This document shows positions 52,222-64,000 of a DNA stretch of 64,000 nucleotides, piece by piece. Origin of the DNA: Nemertoderma westbladi (taxonomy: Eukaryota > Animalia > Xenacoelomorpha); the NCBI GenBank assembly GCA_032718475.1, contig JAUCBJ010001275.1, positions 1 through 64,000 of the forward strand, given 5' to 3'. The stretch's first letter is position 1; the number at the start of each line of letters is the position of its first letter. A program made the translations under genes and the position numbers. The notes under the pieces were generated by a model. That model searched no databases, had not been told where the DNA came from, and saw only the letters and a list, made by a program, of their open reading frames with translations.

Positions 52222-54169
52222 ATCTGAAACATAAGGAATTAAACAAATGGAATTACTCAGAAAACTATCTCGCCATACCAGACAGACTGACAGACAGACA
52301 GACAAGACAGACTACCATATTTTTATTGTTTAGAACTTTGAATGCATTTTTCTCAAAACAACATTTTTCGACGCAAATGTACACTTTTCTCGAAAAGTAC
52401 TCAATGAAATTTCACAAAATTTTGTAGACTTATCAAGTCGACCATGTAGAACATGTGGAACTAGAATCTGCTCATATAATTAATTTGCAAAGAAGTTATT
52501 AGTAATATAAACTTGAAATATTGTGAATATATTATTCATTTATTTATATTACTAAAATTATTATCTAATTGTTAACGAATTTTAATTTTTTAGGTTCCAC
52601 AAGTGCGGGACAATATTTTAAGTAATTAAAAAAATATATTATTAAAAACTATTCAGCCAAACTCTAGATAAGTGTACCTTTGTATCATTAGTGATTCAAA
52701 GGTAATTCCACCGCTTACAGGTTCCCAGGAAACTTTTTAGCCGGCCGGCAGCCATGTCTCTGCAAGCCAGGAGGATGCCACTCCTGAATGGAAAAAGATA
52801 TCAAGGATGTTATCAACTGTGTACCCAGATTCTACATCTGTAGTCCCTATGGATATCGTCGTCTTCTGCCATATGACCTACAGCAGATCCATTATAACAT
52901 TGGAGACAGTTTCTTACAAGATGTAAATGTGTAACAACCTCTGAGCTCCACACCATCATCACCTGGGATGATGTTAAATAATATGTACCCCTGAATAATG
53001 AGAGCCTGTTACAGGAAAACAATCGTTCTCATCTTACCATGGCCCATAGCTAAGCGCAAACTTTGTTCTTAAATTTGAAATAATGGAAAGTTTGTTTCAA
53101 TTCACAGCGAACTTTGTTCCTATTTTTGCGAAGTTTGTTCCTGTTTTTAGTGAATATTGCTCCTATGAAAAATATTTAGTCTGTATAATTCGCAAATCGG
53201 TTTCGAACTTTTGTTCCTATAACAGCGAATTTTGTTGCGTTCACAACTACAGTCCTGCAGTAGCTAGAGCTACGGTAGATGAATTACGACATGCATACAG
53301 ATGGCTGAAATTAACTTCCATCTTTCCGGAGTTAGATTGCACTTTTCATTTTAGCTCAAGTTGAAGTTTATAGAGGTAATTGTCAAGTACAATAATTATT
53401 TCGTAGGCTACAAGCATTGTTACGGCTGAAACCAGAAATCGCTATACATACATACAGCCAACATTGTTCTGAACGCCAATTACAGGAAATAAATCTATAA
53501 ATATTAATCTGTAACATTTTGGAAATTATTTTCGCAATTATTTTTCGCAATTAAATTTTCGCTATCGCATTACATGGCACAATCAAACCACTGGGTTACT
53601 GGGTAACGTGGCCCCTCAACCTACGAATACCAAAATCGTAATATAAGTATAACTATAACCAACCTGCGGGTTCAGCTACATAGTTGGGGATATTTATTCT
53701 CAAGTAAATCATAGATGTATAGGCCGGTAAATTTATGATGATAAAAGCCAAACTTGTGCAAATCAGCATAATTGTAAGTTGCCTTTCTTTCACCTGAAAA
53801 TCTGGGCATTTTTTATAATATATACAGCACTATTATAAATAGCATTACTAATTTTTTTTTTACAATAGTCCTACAGTAAGTTATTAGTTTATTAATTATT
53901 TACTATTTATACTGTAATTAAGGCATGGATTTCTAGAATATAATACTCAAATCTGTATTATTTACTCTATCGCAATTAATAAGGTAACAGTTCCGTATAG
54001 CACGGTAACTTTAAGATTTATGAACAGAGTTGACATGGGTTCACCAACCAAACTCTTGAACTCCTGAAAATAAGTTACAAGTTATTTTACTCATTTAAAA
54101 TTTTCATACAATAATATAAATAGAAAAATGATAAAGCTATAGTGGCTGATTGTAGCCATATTTTTTCAG

Positions 54170-54360
54170 GCACCTCTGGCAACTGGAAAAATATATAAAG
54201 TCAATTAAAAAGACGTCTGGAATAACATTAAGTCAAATAAGTCACCTCTTGTAAAATATTAAGTAAATTAAGTCAACTCTGGAGAAAAATTTAGTCAATT
54301 AAATAATCTCTTGGAAAAATATTAACTCAATAAGTCACCTCTGGAAAAATATTAAGTAAG
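54170..54360. repeat. Degenerate ~30-bp repeat (AAGTCACCTCTGGAAAAATATTAAGTCAA)
   Basis: About 6 diverged copies. Confidence 0.6.
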
Positions 54361-54843
54361 CCAAACACTGCAATGTAATTCAATCTGCCCAAAGCCCACC
54401 CCATAACCTGGCTATTGATATACTATAATACTGTAGACCTACATGGACAGTATCAGCAGATGCATGGATATGGATTCTAATCAAAGAGGGGAGTTGCTGA
54501 TGTGCCAAGGGATCTCCTGCATATGATAGATAAAGCGGGTTATATCAGACGCCAGGGCACAGACATTCCAAATATACCCTGTAGGCCTACAGATGGTGTT
54601 ACTTGATCTATGAACAGGAACATCAATATTGGTGTCAGTTGTAGCACTCAGTAACAGTACCTCTAGTGAAACTGGTCGAGCTCCAGTGACCTCTTCTAGT
54701 AGTGGGACCAGTCTGAAGAACTCATCTGGTACCAGTTCCAGTAATGTAAACTAAACAGTAATTTAAACTAAACAGTCATGTAAAGTAAACTTCCAGCAGT
54801 TCACATGCGCGCAGTATTGTTGATGGCACACAATTTTCGTAAA

Positions 54844-55230
54844 TACTACTACTACTACTAGGATCGGCATGCTGCATTGCAGCTGCATTTTTAAGAATGC
54901 TGTGCCGGCTTGTCAACAAAATTGCACCGCCACAACTCCCTATCACCCATGACATTTGCTAGATCATCCGCATCTTCATGGCCAGTGTCCTTTAAGATGC
55001 GTCTCAAGAAAGTCATGGGCTGTCCACCATGCTTATTCACTCAATGAGGCTGCCAAAGTACAAGATTATGCACTGGCTGGTCCTCACGGCGAAAGCAATG
55101 TCCTGCAAAGCGGAGGTGATTTTGTTCGAGTGTCAACTTGGGGGAACCAATGAGACACCTCCAATGTTATATAGTGTCTGGCTGGAGATGTCTGCATTGT
55201 ACTTGACACAATGAACCAGACTTTACGAGA
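54844..55230 (-). mobile_element. RTE LINE 3' end with (TAG)n tail
   Basis: Minus-strand LRFAGHCFR..VLWQP motif; 55135-55220 matches 41820-41900; (TAC)n at 54844-54860 on the plus strand. Confidence 0.75.
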
Positions 55231-56007
55231 GGATAGAGAGAGAGAGAGAGAGAGAGCAGGAAAGCATATGCGGGATGATATGCATGCCCGGTTAAGGGGG
55301 CTTATGCAATATCAGGCCAAGCAGAAGCGCCGACTAGAACTGGCGCAATTGGGATCATCTGAGAGTGAGGCTGGCTCGGGTCGTATTTACGAGGAGCCAG
55401 AAGTAATGGAGACGTTCGTTAATACCCCACTTACAGGCACCGGACGACAGACCCAAGACTGGTGCAACCGTACGGGCGGGGGGGGGGGGGGGGGGGGGGT
55501 GTATTAATAATACGTTAGAAGGCATTAATATTAATAGTACCGTAGTAGACAACCCTAATCAAACTTTCATTGCAGGAAATAACCTTTTACCTTTTATATA
55601 GTGTCTGGTTGGAGATGTGCGAATTGTACTTGACACAATGAACCAGACTTTACGAGAGGATAGAAAGAGAGAGAGCGGGAAAGCGTATGCGGGATGATAT
55701 GCATGCCCGGTTAAGGGGGCTTATGCAATATCAGGCCAAGCAGAAGCGCCGACTAGATCTGGCGCAATTGGGATTATCTGAGAGTGAGGCTGGCTCGGGT
55801 AGTATTTATGAGGAGCCAGAAGTAATGGAGACGTTCGTTAATATCCCACTTACAGGCACCGGACGACAGACCCAAGACTGGTGCAACCGTACGGGCGGGG
55901 GGGGGGGGGGGGGGGGGTAATAATAATACGTTAGAAGGCATTAATATTAATAGTACCGTAGTAGACAACCCTAACCAAACTTTCATTGCAGGAAATAACC
56001 TTTTACC
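55170..56007 (+). repeat. ~420-bp direct tandem duplication
   Basis: 55170-55590 vs 55597-56007; both encode MRDDMHARLRGLMQYQAKQKRRL. Confidence 0.9.
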
Positions 56008-57716
56008 CTGTAATAATAATTTAAATTTAAATACAAATAATCCAAATAATAATTTAAATTCAAATATACAAAATAATTCGAATAATATTATTAATTTAAA
56101 TATACAAAATAATAATAACTCTAATTTAAATAATTTAAATAATAATATTGATAACGGGGCTATTAATACTAATGTAGGAGATACAAGTGGTCCGGCCATC
56201 GAGAGCCTGCAAGGCCACGTAGTTAGGCAGGGAGCAGCGGGGGTGAGTCAACCCGACGGGGGCCTGCAAGGCCATGCAGTGATAGAGGGAGAGGCGGGGG
56301 TGAACAGACCCAGCCGCAGTAGAGATAGTGCGTCGACTAGAGAGGGGCGTAGAAGCGAAGTAGGAGGTAGTGAAGTAAGAAGTGGCGGGTGGGGGGGGGG
56401 CTACGGGCGCCCCGACACGGGAGATTAGTGGCGAGAGGGGGGGGGGGGGGGGGGGGCAGAGAATGTCCCACAAGAGGGGTGTAGAAGCGAAGTAAGAGGT
56501 AGTGAAATAAGAAGTGGCGAGTGGGGGGGGGGGGGGGGCTACGGGCGTCCCACCATGGAAAATTAGTGGCGAGAGAGGGGGGGCAGAGAATGCCCCACAA
56601 GAGGGGCGTAGAAGTGAAGTAAGGGATAGTGAAGTAAGGGATAGTGAAGTAAGAAGCAGCGGGTGGAGGGGGGGGGGGGGCTACGGGCGCCCCACCATGA
56701 GAGATTAGTGGCGAGGGGGGGGCAGAGAATGTCCCACAGGCGTCGGCGGATAATGCGCGGGGCAATTTAGGTGAACCGCGGCACCCGACGACGGAGAATA
56801 GTAGGGGGATGATGAGTATCCCCAGGAGGGTCCAGCCAGACAGAGTAGAGTCAGATGTTAGCGCCGAGAGTGGGCGAGCGGGAAGACGTCAGTCGGAAGA
56901 GAGAAGAAGAATAGTAGAGTTTAACCGGTTGCTAGGAGCAACCGGAGAGCAAGGACGGATAGCGAGCCGTCGGCAGTAGAGATGGAGTTAGGGAGTCAGT
57001 GGGGTCAAACTCCGGGAGATTGCCATCGCCCCGGAGAGACGCACCGCTCACTAAGAGAAGGGTACAGAACGTACCGATACGAGAACGAGAACAGGAGAGG
57101 GGATCGAAGAGAAACTTCCCGACGGGATATAGCTGCCGATCGAGAGTACGGTAGTCACGGGGAGATTCGAGAAGATTAAACTTCGGTTCGGAAGGACACA
57201 TGCAGACTGCAGGACATACTAAAGGCCTTACTGCACATACTATAGGCCATGCTGGGAGAGATAGTGTAGGCGATAGGGTAGCGCGGGCGACGGGATTAAA
57301 CCCGGAAGTCGCGGAGTACATACCGGTATGTAGGCAAGAGGTGGATAGGCCTATATCGGTACCAGCACAGCAGCATGACTATAATATCCAGGGACATAAC
57401 ATATATCCAGGGGAGGGGCGAGTTATTGCATGCATATAGATGTATGGGCCCCAATATATTAACATCAACCCCAGTACCAAACATACCAGTGGGGGGGGGG
57501 GGGGGGGGGCAGGGTGACATTCCCCCATTACAATATCAACAATACACTCAAACAGGAATAAGAACATCGGACCCCCTGGACGAGAACAGGTCGTGCGATA
57601 CGGAAATATGGAGGGGGCCGTTACCCCCAATGATATATCCGACACAAGTTAAGTGAACAGGCCCGACGGGCGGACCGCACCAAACAGGAGAATCTGTACA
57701 GCATCCTTCGGACCCA

Positions 57717-58800
57717 TTGGAAGCACAGGCAATGGGAATGGCTACAGTAATCGATGCACTGAAGACCAGGATCGAGTTACCACCAGTCAAGCCATTTAAA
57801 TTCGATGGAAGTAGGCCAGAAGAATACCTGCAATTTCGGCGCATGTACAGCAACGAGATATTAAGTAAGAACCTGACACAGGCGGAGTGCCTAAAATATC
57901 TACAGGTATATACAGGAGGCCCAGCGTACGACATCGTGAGGCAGTATCAGGGCATCGAGGGCGGCTTCACGACTGCATGGTGGGCCCTAGACAGGGAATA
58001 CGGACACCCAGCCAAGATCATCCGGCAAACCCTGAGGGGTATAACATCGGGTAGCCTACAGGATAACCCTGTTAGCATAAAGACCATCGCGAACAAGGTC
58101 GAGAAGGCGTTAATCGTGCTGAAGACACTAGACGCGCCATACGAACTCAACGCATCTAATAACATCACCACGATAGCGGAGGCACTGCCGATCTGGCTAC
58201 GTAATAAATGGAGAAAGATCGCCTTCTCCACCCAGGAGAAGAAAGGTGCGGAACCGGGCCTAGAGGAAATGTCGAACTTCCTCAACTACGAAGCAGAGTT
58301 GATTACAGACCCAGTCTATAGTGAGGATAGTTTGGGGAAGGCGCCGAAGACCGAATACAACGGGCCTAAACCCGAACATAATCCGGCAGATCCATTCCCG
58401 AGAGTGAGACAGGCGCTACCACATGCGGCCACACGGGGGGCTACAAGCCCACAGATAGTTGGGAGTAGGGCCACACCGTGACAGGGACAGAAACAAAATA
58501 ATACCACGAACAAACATAATCCTAACATACCCAGTAGGCCGAGTCCAAATAACCAAAACACTAAACCGGTAGATATAAATCTACGCGCGATACGTGAAGG
58601 ACTATACAGGGAACGCTACAATCCAGGATTCGAATGTCAATTGCATAGGGATGGAACCCATAAGACCATGAGTTGTAAGCATTGGCAAGCATTACCTAAA
58701 CAAGATCATGTAGCCTACACAGATACAAACGGACTATGTCATCGATGCGTGGTAGAAGGACACAGATCCGGAGAGTGTAGAGAAACAGCAGTTAGAGAGT
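57717..58800 (+). mobile_element. BEL/Pao gag (DUF1759-like core and zinc knuckles), disrupted
   Basis: FKFDGSRPEEYLQF..CLKYLQVYTGGPA..AWWALDREYG; knuckles CQLHRDGTHKTMSC and CHRCVVEGHRSGEC. Confidence 0.85.
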
Positions 58801-58881
58801 CCGAGACTGGAGGCCAAACAATGGCTACAGGCACGACAGTGGCAAGAAAGAAGAGAAAAGTACTACTCAGGGTAGTGCCCA

Positions 58882-59913
58882 GTGAAGATATCAGGAGAGG
58901 GTGGTCGATCAGTAACGACATTAATGCTGGTTGACAGCAGAGCAGCCTTCACGCTGGTGGAGAACTGGGTGGCCGAAGAGATAGGGCTAAAGACGAGGCC
59001 GAATAGAATGGCGGTAACTACCGTCTCAAGTAAGGATGAGGTCCTGGAGATGAGGACGGGGCGGTGCAAGATATCAGCGATAGCACCGGGATGCGACTAT
59101 GGGGTGACGATCGACCCCATCCAGGTGATAGAGTCGATAAATATCAACGCCAGGCGACCAACCAACATCGAGTTCAAACAATATAGATTCCTGGATGGTA
59201 TCGATTTCTCAATACCAAAGGTGGACGTTAGGAAGGTGTCCATCATAGTAGGAATAGACTGCCCAATGGCCCACGAGAGAATACAGACGGTCTTCGGCGA
59301 AGACAGACAGCGGGATCCGACGGCAATCCTCACGCCGTTAGGATGGACGCTTAGCGGCCCAGATAAAACCAAGATTCCATCCAGAGTGACGGAGACATCA
59401 GGGTGCATGTTACCAGGCACCGTAGACGTTGAGGACGAAGAGAAGAGACCAGAAACGGTAGATAAACCAGATGGGGAAGTAAAAGTAAGAGAGTGGGCGG
59501 AGGAGAATGGATTTGACGTGGAAGACTTAGAGGCAATGGGATGGAACAAGGGTCCCAGCAAGTATCGGTGTGGGGATGGAGAGGAGCGGACGGCGAGATG
59601 TCCAGAGGACTGTCCGGAGGAGTGTCTGGTGGAGTGTCAGGAGGACAATAGTCCGGAGGAGTGTCCGGAGGAGTGTCCAGAGGAGTGTCCGGAAGAGACG
59701 CCGGTCCGGTTGAGAGGCATACCGACAAGGGGGAGGTCGAGTAAGAAGACAGGATGGAAAGGGATAGGATTACTATTGTACCTTCTGTTTTGTCTGTTCT
59801 TTCACTTTCTTTTCATTCTGCCGCCAGGAGACAACAAGGGGGGAGGTGGCATTTTGATGCCAAGAGACGAGGAAGTTAAGAAGGCGGCGGAGAGACTTGA
59901 TTATATTGAATAA
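58882..59913 (+). mobile_element. BEL/Pao aspartic-protease-like ORF with EECP repeats and a hydrophobic tail; no RT follows
   Basis: LMLVDSRAAFTLV, SIIVGIDCP, TPLGWTLSG, then GIGLLLYLLFCLFFHFLFILPP. Confidence 0.78.
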
Positions 59914-61424
59914 GAAAGTTAGAAGGTTAGAAGCTAGATAGTAAGTAAGAAGTTAGTTAGTCAGATAATTAGTAGATAGTTAGAGTTAGTTAGGTTAGAA
60001 GGCGGCGGGTATAGGGAGTGTGGTATAAACATACCACGGGAGTAGAGAGTACGTAGTACCGGGTTAAGTTAGAAGGCGGCGGGGTATAGGGAGTGTGGTA
60101 TAAACATACCACGGGAGTAGAGGCTATGTAGTACCGAGTTAAGTTAGAAGTCGGCGGGTAAGGGAGTGTGGTATATTAACATGCCACATGCAGAAGGGTT
60201 GTGGGCACCGGAAGCGCCACGTAGAAAGTAGTAGTAGAGAGGTTGTGGGCACCGGAAGCGCCACGTAGATGGAGGTAGTAGCAGAGTGGTTGTGGGCACC
60301 GCAAGCGCCACGTAGATGGAGGTAGTAGCAGAGGGTGGTTGTGGGCACCGTAAGCGCCACATAGAAAGTAGTAAGCTGAGTAGACTTAGCAGAGAGTTAG
60401 AGAGTTATAGTTAGAGAACTAGTTAGAGCTAGTAGGGTTAGAGTTAGTAGAGAGTTGGAGAGTTCTAGTAGAGTTAGGAGTTAGTTAGATTTAGAGAAGC
60501 TAGAAAGTAATAAGTAGTAAGAGAGTTAGATAATAGGTAGTTAGTAAGCTAGAGAGTTAGAAGATAATAAGTAGTTAGATTTAGATAAGGTAGATAGTAT
60601 GATAGCACAGGGGTAACACAAGCGGTTTAGCGCCTTTGAGGGCAGTATGAGAGGAGTAAAGAGATAGCGAGAGGAGCTGTCGACGAGAGAGAGTGCAGAC
60701 GAGTGCGATTCAGGTGTGGGGAGAGAGTAGAGTTGAGTTAGAGAGTAAGATAGAGAGGAGTTAGAGCAAAGTGGAGTGTGAAGTTAGAGTTTGAGAGAGA
60801 TATTTAAAAATTGTGTGAGAATCCACAATTGTCTCAAACCGAGACACCAGATGTCTTGGTACAACATAGGTTGCGGTAGCGCCAAGAGAGGGTAGCGACA
60901 TCATACCGCGGGAGCGGCCTGGAAAGCCGACTCCGAGTAAGATAACTCCACCCCACACCCGATAGTAGATCGAGTTTCCAGCGGAATTGAAGCGCACTTT
61001 AAGGTTGATGCTATCTTCTCACCGGGAAGATAGCATGGGGGGACTGTGAGCGCATTCAATTCCACCTCACCAACCCCCATAAAGTGGGAAAGAGCGCCTT
61101 TAAGCAATATTGGGGAGTACGAGGTTGATTAACAACCAACCTCGTATCACCCCCAATAAACGGGGTAGACAAACCCCAGAGGGCCTCACACAATGGGGGT
61201 CAGAGGTTAAGCCTCCGGGGAGAAGGAAAGTAACAGCAGCGGGGGGGGGGGGGGGGGGGAAACACCCCCGCAGAGCTGAAGGCGAGAAGTAGGTTATCAG
61301 CCAATGGGGGGACAGAAGAGGCATCAGCTAGGTAATAGGGCCAACATAATGTATATTACCAGTTGGTGTTTCTCATATTGTTCAGTTTACCCAGTCACTC
61401 AGTCATGGCAGTACGGTGAAGTGT

Positions 61425-64000
61425 AGAGAAAGTGTAGAGAAACATCGATAGGGGACGATGAGACTGGAGGCCAAACTATGGCTACGAGCACGACGGGAGC
61501 AAGAAGAAGAGAAAAGTACTACTCGGGGCAGTACCAGTGAGGATATCAGGAAAGGGTGGCCGATCAGTCACAACATTGATGCTGGTTGACAGCAGAGCAG
61601 CCTTCAAGCTGGTGGAGAATTGGGTGGCCGAGGAGATAGGGTTACAGATGAGGCCGAGTAGGATGGCGGTAACTACTATCTCGAGTAAGGATGAGGTCCT
61701 GGAGATGAGGACAGGACGGTGCGAGATATCAGCAATAGCACTGGGATGTGACTATGGGGCGACCATCGACCCCATCCATGTGATAGAATCGATAAATATC
61801 AACGCCAGGCGACCAACCAACATTGAGGTCGAACAATATAGATTCCTGGACGGTATCGATTTCTCAATCCCAGAAGTGGACGTCTCGAAGGTATCCATCA
61901 TAGTCGGAATGGATTGTCCGACAGCCCACGAGAGAGTACAGACAATTTTCGGAGAGGATAAGCAGCGGGATCCGACGGTGATTCTCACGCCGTTCGGATG
62001 GACGCTTAGCGGCCCAATTAAAACCAAGATTCCATTCAGGGTGTCGGGGACATCAGGGTGCATGCTACCAGGCACCATTAAGGATGTAGAGGAGAAACCA
62101 GAGACGGGTGATGGGGAGGTCCCATGTGAGAAGCGGCCCGGGGAAGGATACCAGGAGTTGGGTATGGATCTGGAACCACGCATAGTGGAGCGTGGTGAAA
62201 GGATAGAGGATAGTTTAAGAGAAATACCGTCAGTAGATCAGTTAGGAGGGGAAGTAACAGCAAGAGAGTGGGCAGATGAGAATGGATTCGACGTGGAAGG
62301 AAGAACCGATGGGATGGAACAAGGATGTTCCCGGCATCTATCAGTATGAGGATGGAGAAGAGTGGATGGCGAGATATCCTGAGGAGTGCCCGGAGGAGTG
62401 TCTGGAGGAGACGCCGGTCCGGTTGAGAGGCATACCGAAAAGGAGGAGGTCAAATAAGAAGACAGGGTGGAAAGGGATAGGATTAATATTATCCATCCTG
62501 TTCTATCTATTCTTTCGATTTCTTTTCATTCTACCGCCAGGTGACGACAAGATGGAGGGTGGCATTTTGCTGCCAGAGGACCATGAGGAAGTCAAGAAGG
62601 CAGCCGAAAGACCCGATTTTAGGGTGGTGGAAGAGGGAGAATCAATTCCTAGTGAGTTGGAATTGGAAAGGAGAGTGTGGCGAAGGATAAGAGGATGTAC
62701 AGGGGGTAGTGGGAGAGTGCCTACTGGAAGAAGGGGCACCTTAGAGTTTAGTCGTCCAATGTGTTGGACTGAGGGGGGTGGTAATGAGGGCGAGATGCCC
62801 TTCCCACACAAAATAATAAGAAAATAATAAGAAAATAATAAAATAAGTAGTAGAAAGTTAGAAAGTAATAGTAGTAGATAGTTAGATAAGAAGTAGTAGT
62901 TAGAAAGTTAGTAGAAGTTAGTAAGAAGTAAGAAAGTTAGTAGAAGTTAGTAAGAGTAAGAGGGGAGTTAGAAGTAGGCAGAAATTAGGGAGTGTGGTAT
63001 ATAAACATACCACGGGAGTAGGAGGGTACATAGTACCATTAGAGTTAGAAGTAGGCAGAAATTAGGGAGTGTGGTATATAAACATACCACGAGTAGTAGC
63101 AGGGTACATATTACCGGAGTAGCAGGGTACATAGTACCGAGAGAGTTAGAGGTTGTGGGCACCGAAAGCGCCTCGTAGAAAGAGAGGGAGTGTGGGATGT
63201 AGACATACCATAGAAAGAGAGTAGAGGGGTTGTGGGCACCGAAAGCGCCACGTAGAAAGAGAGTAGAGGGGTTGTGGGCACTGAAAGCGCCACGTAGAAA
63301 GAGAATAGTGGGAGTATGGTATGTAGGTATACCATAGAGGTAGTAGCAGAGGGGTTGTGGGCACCGAAAGCACCATGTAGTTAGAGAGTTAGAGAGTTAG
63401 AAGAGTTAGTAGAGTTAGAGAGTTAGAGGGTTAGAGAGTTAGTAGAGTTAGAGTTAGTAGAGTTAGTGGAGTTAGTAGAGTCAATAGAGTTAGTAGTAAG
63501 AGAGTTACATAGTAAGTAGTAAGTAAGAAGTAAGTAGCGAGGTAGATAGAATGATAGCACAGAGAGGGATAGCATAAGAAAAATTGGCACTTAGGGAGTG
63601 GTAGAGAACACAGGACATTGTGAAGCAGTGGGGATGGGCCAGATCATGGGCCTTGTCTGCCACAAGCCGATGGACTGGGGCAAGTTCCGGGGGGAGCACG
63701 GAGCGGGCATGGGACATTGCGAAGCAGTGGCGATGGGGCCAGCTCATGAGGCTTGTCTTCCACAAGCCAATGGACTGGGGTAAGTCCCGAGAGGAGTATG
63801 AGAGCAGTACAAGGGAAGTATGGAGAGGAGGTGTTGGCGCGTGAGAATGTAGACGGGTGCAATTCAAATGTGGGGAGCGAGCAGAGTGTAGTTAGAGTGA
63901 GTTCAGAGTGGAGTTAGAGTGAGTTCAGAGTGGAGTTAGAGTGAGTTCAGAGTGAAGTTAGAGTGAGTTCAGAGTGAGGAAGTTTTTAAAATTGTGTGAA
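61425..64000 (+). mobile_element. Second, diverged copy of the BEL protease-tail module and its purine-rich 3' region
   Basis: ORFs 61537..62349 and 62276..62827 parallel 58882..59913; GTTGTGGGCACCG repeats and TTAAAATTGTGTGA recur (~60810 and ~63990). Confidence 0.8.

Noticed and set aside
55478-57510. Poly-G runs as functional G-quadruplex clusters
   Set aside because: Homopolymer runs of variable length are scattered across the window and error-prone; nothing indicates a function.

Overview
AT-rich animal (invertebrate-type) nuclear DNA, dense in transposons and minisatellites. The one clear host gene is Csk (C-terminal Src kinase) on the minus strand. Six phase-compatible coding exons could be assembled by hand between 24494 and 3380, covering an N-terminal extension, SH3, SH2 and the kinase N-lobe; the rest lies left of the window. 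Its introns hold three minisatellites, RTE and L2/CR1 LINE fragments, and nested non-autonomous hAT, piggyBac, Harbinger-like and foldback elements. The right half has a 7.9-kb 18-bp array, more RTE fragments, a BEL/Pao RNase H fragment, a decayed Mutator-like transposase, and a duplicated BEL/Pao gag-protease element lacking RT. Most notable observations: (1) a 4.8-kb array whose 45-bp unit is the last 37 nt of Csk exon 3 plus its splice donor, giving about 105 decoy donors behind an in-frame stop; (2) the 18-bp array seems to start the same way, at the donor of a signal-peptide-like exon; (3) the palindromes TAGGCCTA and TACCGGTA are strongly enriched and are visibly 6-bp insertions at TA sites; (4) both BEL protease copies carry DSR instead of DSG and end in a transmembrane-like tail. 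Coordinates and counts were read by eye; copy numbers are approximate.
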